A stretch of 61,745 nt of DNA, filler included, from Sphacelaria rigidula (Eukaryota): assembly GCA_964200075.2 (NCBI GenBank). It is 10 parts of 10 records of this genome, joined end to end, with 100 filler letters (N's around TTAATTAATTAA, not from the genome) between each part and the next. Parts side by side here need not be neighbours in the genome. Positions count along the whole stretch, not along the records: positions 37,110 to 43,193 come from CAXNAA020022344.1; positions 43,294 to 49,377 come from CAXNAA020022345.1; positions 49,478 to 55,561 come from CAXNAA020022346.1; 7 more parts are not named here. One strand, 5' to 3'. Under the pieces are notes generated by a model. It saw only the letters and a program-made list of their open reading frames with translations. It did no database searches and was not told the origin of the DNA. Below, piece by piece: positions 37,871-49,539 of this stretch. The position numbers were made by a program, and so were the translations under genes. Position 1 is the first letter of the stretch. Each line of letters begins with the position of its first letter.

Positions 37871-37942
37871 CGTCGAAGTTGTTCCCGCTCAGCCTCATGT
37901 ACTCCAGCCGCGCCAGGAAAATCAGCTCCTTCGGGATGATAC
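37871..37942 (-). CDS. Single 72-nt phase-1/phase-1 exon encoding one 24-aa plant-specific-type LRR
   Basis: gccgcag|(G)IIPKELIFLARLEYMRLSGNNFD(G)|gtgagt is exactly 72 nt with strong splice sites and fits GxIPxELxxLxxLxxLxLxxNxxxG. Confidence 0.85.
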
Positions 37943-40069
37943 CTGCGGCTCAAGACGAAACGTGCAAAGGTGAAGGTGGGATTCAGCAAACATATGTTGG
38001 TGTGTTGTACTCAACTCCGCTCGAGCTCCTGTTTCACTCAGTCTTCATTGAAACTGTATGCTCTTCCCCCCCAGCGCGCCAACCCTGGATCTCGAGCTGA
38101 CGTAAAATCAGGTATAAGGTCCCGGAACAGGCATGCAATGACGAGGAAATTGTGCCTGCAAAAGAGAATCGTTCGCAGGATAACCATGAGGCAAGCATAA
38201 ATGCTGTAGCGAAGACGATGTCGCGCTTAAATTGCGTTTGCCCAATAAGTCTCACATCGGCCGGGCTACGCTTGCACCGTGTGCCTCGTGCCATCACAAT
38301 TCGGGGTGCGCAAACCCCATCACGTGATATCGTCGCCATTGCTTTCATGAACGACACACGATAAAGGATTGTATTGAGTGTATAGCTTGTGAAAACATGT
38401 ATAACAGTAAGCTCCCCAAAGCGCCGCTGGTGTTGGGCGGCGGCTCTGCACGCTCAGCTTTCGGATAGCGAATACTACGTCCTATTCTTTCGTGCCATCC
38501 ACTTCGTGGGGAAATCGTAAAGTGTAAATGGAGCCGAAGTGGGTGCCAAATTCATCAGTGTCGCCCTCGCGGCCCCTCTACCCCTTTTGCTCTGGTTTCT
38601 TTTTTCTCCTTTATCGGGGCCGTCCTTTTATCATCTTATAATTATTCTCCATTCCCTGCCTTACCTCGCTTTTCCTTCTTCTGCATACTCTCTTTCTTTA
38701 TTTCTGTTGTTCGAAACTTTGTTTCTTTTCACGTTCCTTTTCCTTCAGCAAGCATTTCCGTTGTGTTTACCGTCGGCACATCCATCTTGTGCATAATGGC
38801 CACGGCTGGGTCCGTCGGCGATCAGTTAATGTGCGACAATAGATCGATACATCAAGTTTTTTGCATGTTCACAGCGATAAAAGGACGGAGTTCTCGAAGC
38901 TGTCAACTTTGTGAGATATGCGCTGACGAGAAGTACGCTGACGTTGAAAAAAAGTGTTGCCGAAACTCTCTTCGGTGAGATCTTACCACTTGTTCGCACG
39001 TTTTCGGTTTTTTGGCTTCACATTACAGTTGTGTCCAGTTCTGTGACCAAGTATGTCATTCCTTGGCATTGTACTCCTGGAAAAGGGATGTAAACCGGTT
39101 TCTGAGTGATTTCTCCAATGCTTGGTGTACTAATAATGCTACAGCTTCATGAGTTTTATGGTTGTTGTAGCAATCGATAGCGCGTATGAACCGCGTGGAG
39201 AAGTGAAGTACGGCGCGAGGGCTAATCATAACTTGAAACGAACAGCTACCGACTCAGCAATATCTATCTCCGACTTCAGCGTGCCGGTGCTGGGGTTGCA
39301 TTGTGCATGCCACGAAGTCAAATGTTGGGAAGGCACAACTCGAAAAGAGCACTATGCCGTTGCTGGCGATACATTGTCCATGTTACAACCTCAAACTCTA
39401 ACATCTTGCAAATGACGTTCAAGAACTTTGTGTCTTGTTCCAGGCTTTTTATGGCGCTGATTCTGCGCGCTTGTCTGAAAAACCTACCGTAGAACATTAC
39501 TACGAACGCGAACACTGTGTTGTGGTTACTCGTTTTTATTCATTCGCCACGAGCACAGCGTCGTGGAACGTAAAGTATACATCTTTGGGTAGCTGCAGCC
39601 TCCTACTAAACAACGTTTCCAGTCATGATTCCATCACCGTCGTCTGTATCCTATAGCGCACTATCAACAGCATCGCTTATACTATTCAAATCCGGCGCAC
39701 TGGCGACAACTGAAAAAGACATGCCTGCGGACTGGACTGAATTTAACAGCCAATACTGCAAGCAGGACCTATCGACACCTCGGCAAACGTTGGAAGCCTG
39801 TCAACAAGCGTGGGTACACGATGACGCAGCGTGAATTTCGATAGATTGCTCAGACGGATCGCATTCAACAGACAGCCACTCGTGTTAATGTTGTGTTTTG
39901 AAATTTGATGCTGCAGCTGATTGAAGCATACATGTACGCCGCGTCGTAGGTGTTCCGACAGACCCGTAATTGACATGAAAATTTACCTTGTGATCGCCAA
40001 GATTTTAGCATACCTACTGAACTAGAGTTTAGACGTACAAACTGATGAACCAAAATACTCGAGCATTCC

Positions 40070-41370
40070 TCGGAAATTGTACGGAATTCCCCGTTAACCT
40101 GCTTCAATGCCGCACCCATGCAGCCCGTGGCACACATTTACGGTGGGGGTGAGTCAAGCACGTCTCAAAAACATCCATAGTGTTTCGGCGTCGAGTAAGG
40201 TACATTGTTGCCATCTTTGGTATCTGCAACAGATTCTCGGAACTGTTCACCCCAACGTATCGTCGAAATATATACCGCTACTCAGCTCGTTTCACTCCGT
40301 TCGCGGCAGTGGACAACGCACATGAATCGTGTGGATATGCGTGTCCCACTCTCGTAGCTGAAATTAAAATATCAGCAGCTGTTTCGAGCCGTGTCCAACT
40401 ACTGGACAGCATGCCATACTCCAGCAGCAGCTTAATTGCACCGACGCCAATTCAAGCAATCACACGCTACCAACGGCGACGAGTAGTAAGATGAAACCAC
40501 CCATACGCACGTCTAGTTTCACGCTTGTCAAACGAAGTCGGTCTTGTGCGCTTGTTGAGGAAATTTGGTTCCAAACCTTAGCAAGATGGAAAGCCCCTTC
40601 CACCTGCGTACGCTGCGTTGTGACATATTTGATGACTGCATCTCATACATACATGCGACGATGGCGACTTTAGTATTCTGATGCCCAGATGTGCGTTCCG
40701 GGTTTTCGCGAAAAATAGATGCAACGAATCAAGGTGAGTTGTAGAAAACTTTCTTCTCTTTGTGATGTTTTATTTCTCAGGGGTTGAGGGCGAAGCATGA
40801 TTCATTTTCTGCCCGAAAACCGAGGCCCATGAATCACGCAACATCGAAAAACATGGCAAAAATCCTCAGAATAAAAAAACAAATACGCTCGTGCAGTACA
40901 ACACCAGAAGTCGAGAGTTTCACGAAAGGTTCGAAGAACGACTCGCCAAAAATGTGCGGGATCCCCCGTATATTTCCTCCAATGCCGCGCCCATGCAACC
41001 CGCGGTGCACATTGACAGTGGGGGTGAGCCAAGCACGTCTCAACAACGCATAACGTACCACGTTGTTTCGAGGTCGAGTAACGTCAACTTGATGGGTCAT
41101 TTTCGGCCCGTGACAGGTTTTCGGAACAGTTCATCCCGACGCTTCGTGGGAAACATATCACGATTCAGCTCGTTTCACTACTTCCTCGTCAGTTGATAAC
41201 GCATATGAAGTATTTGGACGAGCCTATAACCCTAATACCGGAAGTTCAGAAATCAAATGAGGTGTCGAGTCTCATTCAACTATCGAACAGCACACCATAC
41301 TCCAGCAGTGAGCCGAACTGCCCCCAACGTCAACGCAACTGACCACATCTCGACAACAGCGAAGAACAAT
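40070..41370 (+). repeat. Degenerate ~420-bp direct repeat (40070-40495 and 40945-41370, period ~875 bp)
   Basis: Shared aatgccgc.cccatgca.ccc...gtgggggtgag.caagcacgtctcaa, cagctcgtttcact and ccatactccagcag. Confidence 0.7.
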
Positions 41371-43293
41371 GATCTCAAACGGGACTGATTTCGCGCACCT
41401 GTTGTGCTTTTTAGCGGAACTGCTATCGTTTTCATCGAAACTTGACGTTTTTTCTTCTTCTATCGTTCTTCTCCGCTCACTTCCTTCGCCTTTCTTTTTG
41501 TATTCAGTTCTTGTATATTTCCATGATTTTTGTCCACAGTTTACCCCGTTCGCTGAGTTCATGTATTTATTGCCTCCCACTTCCTTTCTTCTGTCGAGGG
41601 TGTTCCACTTTAATGTACCCTGGGCAGGTCTGCCTTAAACACATAGTGACCACGGCTGAATCTCTCAGGGATCACGCAATGTGCGACATGCCATCAGCAT
41701 CCCATCAAATTGACACTTTCGAAGGCTGGCATGTATTACTCTCGGCATTTAGGGTTTTGCGTGAATTGTAGGGTACGTCTACCTTGTATATAATGACCAC
41801 AGCTAGGTCTCTCAGGAACCACCTAATTTGCGAAAAGCTATCAACCAATCATTAAATTGACACTTTCCAAGACTTGCATGTTTCACTCTCGGTATTTGGG
41901 TTTTCGCGTGACTTTTAGAGGGGACAAAAGCTACGTTGACGCGAATGAACAAAGGTTTCCAAAAATCTGTACCGCACGACTTCATCAATCTCTATTTCAT
42001 TTTTTCGGGCTTCGACATTACAGGTGTGTCCAGCCATTGCGCGGGCATGTCAACCTTTCCATTTCACTGCTCGAAGAAGGTTGTCAAGCGATTCGGAAAC
42101 AGTTGGTCTGGTGTTCGGGGGTGAGGACAATGCCAAAACTTGATGCGTCTGTTACTGTTTCAAGAAGGCATAACCCGTGTGAAGCGTCTGTTCTTGTTTC
42201 AACAAAAGACAGCCCGTGTGGACAGCATGGAGAGGTACGGCAAGCCGCGAGAGCTAAAACCAACGTGAAATGAGCACTTGCTATCGAAACGTGTCCATCT
42301 AGTCCATTTTTCAGCATGCTTCTGCTGGGGCAATAAAACAAGGATATGCAGCAGTACCCCACGTTCAACGTGGGAAATTTGGTGGTTTCTTCGTAATTGG
42401 CGATTTTTTGTCGTTCATTTCTTTGCCCCCACTTATCACATTGAGAACCTGAAGATACTAGTATCCGCTCCATATTCGATAAAAAGAAATCATCTGTGTT
42501 GAATATATTGAGAGACTTACGACCTGGCTGGTCATCGGGGGCCCTGCCACTTCTCAGCCCAGATTCTGACTCTTTTCATTTTCGGTCGATCGAGCCTGTC
42601 CCGATTATGTTTGTCAAGAAATGAAAAGGGTCTGTTTTCTGAAACTATGCCTACTTATTGCACTTGAGCGGAATAACTGTGTTCCACGGTCCATCTAACC
42701 TTCCTCATCAACGGGGTATCTACTCATATCGCTCGATGTCATCGACGACCACTGACTTGGGCACTGGGGGGGGGGAGGATAATCTGTTTATTTCACAAAA
42801 ATCTATCGACTCTAGAAAATTCGAGTTCTATCGAAGAGTATACGCGAGAAAAATCCCAACTTAGGCCATGCCCATTTCGAACGCGGGGTACAACTATATA
42901 TTCGGTAGGATACGAGTACGCTGCTTCGGGTATGAGACTCCTCACAGAACTTTCAGACATGTCGGGTACCGATGCGGAAGGTTTACAGAACACACAGAAC
43001 CTCTTGGGTAGGGTATGGACGTCGGTCGGAAACCGTATCCGCACGCGGGTATCTCTACAGGGAATACCCAGGGGCCCACGCAAAAGTTATCTCGCATAAC
43101 TCGGTTTCCATGTTTTTGGTTTAGACCCCTCAGGGGGGAGGAAGGGGGGTGTACTCATGATCATGCATGCCATAGTCATAAGACCATAGACCTNNNNNNN
43201 NNNNNNNNNNNNNNNNNNNNNNNNNNNNNNNNNNNNNTTAATTAATTAANNNNNNNNNNNNNNNNNNNNNNNNNNNNNNNNNNNNNNNNNNNN

Positions 43294-43612
43294 AGCCTAC
43301 TGATTATCTTGCATTCGGATGACAGCCTACGATGAGTTGCTTCATTTTCTGATATCGCTACTTCCAGAGACAGCCACAGCTCATACACTGCCTCATGGGT
43401 GTCTCACCATGTAAACACTACATAGTATGACCATCCCCTTCATGCGTAGTTGAGGTTCTCCCACGCCGCACAACATGATCTAGCTCGACTACCATAATGG
43501 TTACCGCAAAAAAAACGCAAGCGCGCAAAAACAAATTGGTAACATCGTTGCCTAGCTTACGCAGTGAGTGGTGTGTTTTATAGCGTAATCGCCAACCAGC
43601 GCCAACCCCATC
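43294..43612 (-). mobile_element. Family C SINE-like element, 5' two-thirds (cut by contig start)
   Basis: Reverse complement of the head and body seen at 56341-56640. Confidence 0.75.
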
Positions 43613-44186
43613 GGGGGTCCGCCCCTCCGAAGCCGGGACGGAGCAAGCCGGGTTCTCGCCGGATCAGGGGGGTGGGTGGGTGGGGTGTACTCATTCGTTG
43701 CTTGCCTAAGTCGTTTGATCCTTGACCACGCATCCCTTTCGAGACGGAGCAGGGGGTTCGGCGGGGGATACTCGTGGTTTGGATACCGCACTCATGAGAA
43801 CATTAACACCGCCTCCCTACAAAGTCGGAACGGAGCACGCCGGCTTTCGCCAGAACAGGCTCGCAATCCCTTGGGGGATAGGGGCGGGAGGTTAACGCTA
43901 CGCCGTGACATGATTGTTTCCTCTCAGTCAACATGAAGATGTTAGCAAGTAACACCGGATTTTCTTACACATTGAGGGAGGATTTGTTTTCGATGATAAA
44001 CCTTGGAAACCTTCATGAGCATCGAAATATTCTCAGCGGAAAATTCCATATGCATTATCCGGCCGTGATGTGTGGCCTCGCACATGCTACAAACATTCCA
44101 TCCGCAACTTGTAAAATCTCGTGTCAACAGGGGAGTTTGACGAATGAGCGCAATTTGTTTGTACAGGAATGAACGGAGATCGAAAT

Positions 44187-44368
44187 TGTGTGTGTATGTA
44201 TGTGTGTGTGCGTGTGTGTTGGCATCTCATCTATTCCGGACGTCGATCTACACCTTTCGGCATATGTGGGCGCACCAGCCGGGGTCACACAGGAGGAAGG
44301 TCAACACAGGAGTTCGTTTTTCTTCGTTTTAGTTCTCCACCTTCATTCTGCGGTGGTTGCCTTCATTG
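44187..44368 (-). mobile_element. 5'-truncated tRNA-SINE family A
   Basis: (TG)n tail plus tctacacctttcggcatatgtgggcgcaccagccggggtcacacagg, shared with 20122-20487. Confidence 0.75.
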
Positions 44369-44990
44369 GCGAGTCCAAATACCAACAGGTCCGATATGTT
44401 AAAAATGCAGTCTACGAGGAGAAAGCCCAATGCATCGCCTCAACCTCCGCTCTTCCCCGCTGAATGAACGATTGCATCCCGATCACGCCCACGCAAAGTC
44501 AACATTACAGTATGCGCAGAGATTATCGTGCGTAAGCGGCAAGAACGCCTCCGCTCATTTTTTGCCGGTCGATTGCATCTCGATCACGCCCACGGGAAGC
44601 ATACATTCCAGTATGCGTGAGACTTCTCGTACATGAAGCCTTTCCACCTTATTTCGCAATTTCAGATGTTTCCGTGCGTGGAACGAAAACTCCATGAATG
44701 CCGCCGCCCTGGCCACATCACCTTCAACGTTTCAACGCACTCGTCGGTTCGGATTGAAGCGCTGTACGTGTTTACAAGCAAGTGCTGTGTTCAGCGTAGT
44801 AGGTATCGTTATGCTCCCGTCGTGGGAAAGCGAAGCCACTCTACAGTATGCGCCCATAGCACACTGTATCACTTCAAAGTACGTTGCGTGCGAAAAGCAT
44901 CCTTCAGATGACCGACTCGTACTGTCCCCCTTTACTGTAACAGTCCTCCTCGGCCGGTGTTACCCATACACACCCTGAAATGAACAAAAG

Positions 44991-47281
44991 GTGGTGTCTC
45001 ACAGCCTCGAAACGCTGGATGCTTCTGGCGGGAGGCTAGGATTTCTGCCTGACGAAATTCGAGAGCGACCAGAGATGCGAGGGCTGACCGACGTTAACTT
45101 GAGCCGCAATCAGCTCTTCAACAGCGATCACGTGTTCGGTGTTCTTTCTTGTCTGAGGCAGCTCAAGTGAGAAATACGGAATGGATGCAGAGTGGGTATT
45201 CGCGCGGGAAACAACATTGCATGCGTGGTAGGGCCCAATAAAACATAGCACGGTTTTTGGTGCACTCAAGAGTATGCGGTCGAACTGCTGAACGGATCGT
45301 CGGACACTCATTTTTCGGACGCGTTGTGTGTGTGTGTCTGAGTGTATGTGTGCGTTGTGTATGTGCATTCGTTTTCGACGGTGCTTTTTTCGTATACAAC
45401 ACAGAGTATAGTAGAAATCAACAAAACAAAATGCATTCGAGCAGTGCATGTTTTGGGCTAAACCCACGCGGTGGACCAGTTCGGATCGAAAGTGCTTTCG
45501 CGAAGGCTTGTTTCGGCAACCTTTTGCAAGGGACCGTCGCGGACCGCTGTGGGTTACATCACTTAGAGCACAGGGTATATGAAAGGGTCAAATATCTGCA
45601 CACTTGGATGTCGCGTATTCTTTTCTGTTGTTTTCCTTGAGATAAAAAAGAAATCTCACACAACACTTGCCCCGCGAGCCGATTCGTGTGGCGATTACCC
45701 GAAGGCTCGGCTAGACCGCCTCACGGTAGTCATGTGGGGTAGTTGCTTCGAGCGTTCGGAAAGCTCTGCTCAAGGCAGTTCGGCGATTGAACCCGCTAAA
45801 ACCCCCCATCAGCTTGGTGCAGTGCACGCGCTGCCCTGCTCTTATACGATCCAGTTCTGGTATTCTCTCTGTACACCGTTTGATCACGAATGGACCACGA
45901 CCCAGAACCATACGAGCCTGCCTGCCCGCCATCACTCTTTCCCCGCACACAATTGTGTAGAGTACGCTGTTTTTATTACAGTACAGCTACACGTACAGTG
46001 CTGCTGTGCTATTTCCTCTTGACGGTTAGTCGTCGATGCGTGCCTTGTGCCCGAACACGAACATTTTTTTCATCATCCTGACCGTCTATCCGACACATTC
46101 GCGTACAGGAAGCTCGACCTGACGGACAACTTTCTGAATGGGGTGCTATCCGCTTCGGCCGGAAAACTCAACGAGCTGGAACATCTTCGCCTAGACGTTA
46201 ATCAGGTTTTGTTCGCGCTGCTATAGCTATCATCCTTAATTGTTTTCGTGAACGGCGCCGTTTGTGGGCAGCTTTACGTCGAAGGCGACAAAAAAGGCAG
46301 CCTATCATCCCTTTTCGCTATTCGGGGTCTGTATATATATATTATACCGAGATTAACCAGAAAAGAAAAAAGAAAAAAGAAAACATGAACATAATAAGCA
46401 AGTGCCTGAGGGATCGTACAATAGGATGATGAGCACCATCGCTGGCTTGAACTAGGTGGGTCTACTTTTCGGTGAAACCGGATGGACAATGCTCGCAGGT
46501 CACCTGAACATTTTGATTTTCGAGTCTCAGGCGGTAAACGAATAGTGTTAGGCGTGTTCATAGAATATCACATATACTCCGACTGGTCTCAGAGTAGCTG
46601 CGGACGTTCAACGGACGTCCCAGTTCGGTATGATGCGTGTTTTTGCATGGATGGAGCTAACCTCCTTTGATCTGCTATTAAACAAACGTGAAAAGCAAGA
46701 ACAGAAACAAAAAAGCAAGTGGAAGTCATCTCTTTTTCAATCGATGTTTGCGGGTAAAAAATAGTCTGATCTGCTGTTGGACAAGCGTGAAAAGCGAACA
46801 TACAAAGAAAAGCGATTGGAAGCCATGTTCTCCTTCATCGATGTTTTTGCGAGTGAATATTAGGCTCGGGAATATGTTCTATATGTTCTGTATATCTAAT
46901 CTACTATAGATCTCAATATATGTTATACATTCTATAGATTTCAATAAACAGTATATTATATATTTTATAGGTCACCGTTTTCAACACGTTTCTCGTGTTG
47001 TATGCAACATTTTTTTCATGTTCAAATATTATCCCGACCCGGTTTTGTCTGATGTCCTGCCAGCTTACGGAGCTCCCGGCTTCGGTGGACGCATGGACGG
47101 AATTGCGCGTGTTTAGCGCGGCGGACAACGCTTTAACAATCCTGCCGCCACAGGTCGGAATCACGTGATGAAATAATTGCTCGAGGTTTTATTTAATACA
47201 ACAGTGGAGGGTAAATGCAAAACAATTCAATAATACATACATACATACATACATACATACATACATACATACATACATACA

Positions 47282-47315
<34 letters not shown>

Positions 47316-48291
47316 CATAGGTACATACTCAGTTTCATTTTTCTTGGGAACGTCCATCATGATACATACATACATACATACATATATACATAGGTACATA
47401 TTCAGTTTCATTTTTCTTGGGAACGTCCATCATGAGACCACGGCTGAACCCCTGGGGGACCAGTTAAAGTGCGACAATCATACATACATACATACATACA
47501 TACATACATACATACATACATACATACCACACCCTGGACAATAGATCGCGTTGTCAGAAAGTGTACTGGGTACAGTATAGGATCCATTGTCCATCGCAAT
47601 AGACACAGCAGTCAATACTGTACGCAGTACTCTCTTTGACAATGTATACTATTGTTCAGGCTGCGAAACACATACATACATATATATATGTATATATTAT
47701 AATTTAAAATATCTATATGTATACGTGGAAATCGTTTCCACGAATGATGATGTTTAGATTCAAAGCATGGGGGATATATCCAAGTTTGCAAACTCAACCA
47801 CCTAAGGACAACTTTGTGATCGGCGATGAACGGTAAGCCCTAGAGTGACAGGCGGCAGACCGTAGTGCATGCATAGCGGCTGGGGCGACCCTGGTTTTCA
47901 GCTTTTTGATAAAAGCATACACCAACCACTGCACCAGATCGCAAGTGAGCGCTGCTTCCAAACAGTAAACGTTTTATTTCACGTTAACGCTGATTACTGA
48001 TCCTCTATTTTGTACGATTTTTGTGGGGGAAACATTCAATGTCTAAATACGGTTGAGGCGTGTTTTATTTACATCAAGAACGACTTACAGAATCAAAACG
48101 TCTTGTGGGTATTTTTAACGGCATTTCTACTATCGTGCTCGTGTTGTACACAGGTGGGCGACTGGCGAAATCTAGAGGACATCAACGTCCGCAACAACGA
48201 GTTACGGATGCTTCCGCTGGAGATGGGTAGGTGGTCAAAGCTAAAGCGAGTACTAGCAGGCGGGAATGGGATATTAGAACTGCCGGCAGAG
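44991..48291 (+). CDS. Leucine-rich repeat protein, internal exons 44991(or 45005)-45166, 46109-46205, 47064-47153, 48154-48291
   Basis: Phase-consistent GT-AG splicing: LETLDASGGRLGFLPDEI...LTDVNLSRNQLFNSDHVFGVLSCLRQLK|KLDLTDNFLNGVLSASAGKLNELEHLRLDVNQ|LTELPASVDAWTELRVFSAADNALTILPPQ|VGDWRNLEDINVRNNELRMLPLEMGRWSKLKRVLAGGNGILELPAE. Repeated LxxLxLxxNxLxxLP. Confidence 0.88.
47233..47527 (+). repeat. (CATA)n microsatellites flanking a short retroposon 3' end (47430-47480)
   Basis: CATA arrays read directly. catgagaccacggctg.acccctggggg...agttaa.gtgcgacaatca also occurs at ~58067-58115 with a (TCAA)n tail and inverted at ~34820-34876. Confidence 0.8.
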
Positions 48292-49539
48292 GTGAGAATA
48301 TCAACAAGTTCGGAACACCAGCATTCCTAGGGAAATCGAGCCCTTGCGTTTTTGAACTCCGCAGCCCGGAAGCGATCCACAAGCGAAAAGCGGCCACCCG
48401 CAAAAACCGTGGGTGTCCTTGAGCATGTTCGGTCATTGCGAGAAAACGTCTACGTCCCGAGAACGCAAGATGGATTTTTATGTGACGACTGAGGCTTCTC
48501 GGACGTGACGACTCCCCTCCGGATGTACACGTGCACACGCTCCCTGCTTGGTGATTTTACGGTGCTACGACGTCCGAATTCACAGACCCATAAGAGAGCG
48601 AAAAAAAAAACTCGCCTGCCCCATACACGCAGGCCACTCGCAAAGCTTCGCACATGTTTGAAATTATGTTTCAAGGCGACGGGAAGGGTGGGCTGGGGAA
48701 ACGGAGTTCTAACCGGCATGGCGCCGCTTCGGCCCTTATAAGGTGTATACCGGAACTGAGGTTTGAGGCTTGGGTCGCAACCTGCTTCCATGGTCTTACT
48801 TCTTGTACGTCCTTCTATCTGAATCCCCCCTTGGGGCCCGCCGGAGAGTTCCTGGGGCCCGCTACTGGTTCTGAGTCTGGCGTCTATGTCACTGTATCAA
48901 GTTGTTTTCTCCTTCCTCCACTTTCCTCCTGACCCCTTTCTCCAGTTTCATGCGAGCGGTCGAACGCGTTCGTCCTATGTATCGTGAATACGTGATAATC
49001 GACCTCGACCGGATTAGCAGCAGATGAGTTTATTTTTGCGATAGTCAACCGATCGATCGAAGAATCAGTTAATCAATCAAGCGACCTCCAGGTCCCTCGA
49101 ACTTGATAAAATATTATCGGTGCTCCTGCGATAAAGACCCTCAAAGAGATGGCAGCGCTAGAATCGCGAGTACTGAAGTGTGTCATAGTCTCCCTCGTTG
49201 CAGAACATGGAGTTGGTTGGACAGTAGTGAAAAGAAGCAGGGTCCAAACAACCCCTGTGTTGTGAAAAGGGCCTGAGGTTGACCTAGGCAAAGCATGCCC
49301 CCCCCCCCCCCCCGCCCGCCGACCCCCCGCCCTAGGGGCGCGGGGCGAACAGGCAAACGGCGCAGGGAGGCGACAAANNNNNNNNNNNNNNNNNNNNNNN
49401 NNNNNNNNNNNNNNNNNNNNNTTAATTAATTAANNNNNNNNNNNNNNNNNNNNNNNNNNNNNNNNNNNNNNNNNNNNAGAGATGGGTTGATCCCTTGAGA
49501 CCACGGACTCATCCCGACGAAGGGGAGGGGTTCAAAGTG

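Noticed and set aside
31855..37942. LRR-RCC1 fusion gene (the exon phases are compatible)
   Set aside because: The exons lie in different, artificially joined contigs.
43135..43612. One SINE copy apparently continuous across the gap
   Set aside because: Contigs are length-sorted. Both simply end in the same abundant repeat.
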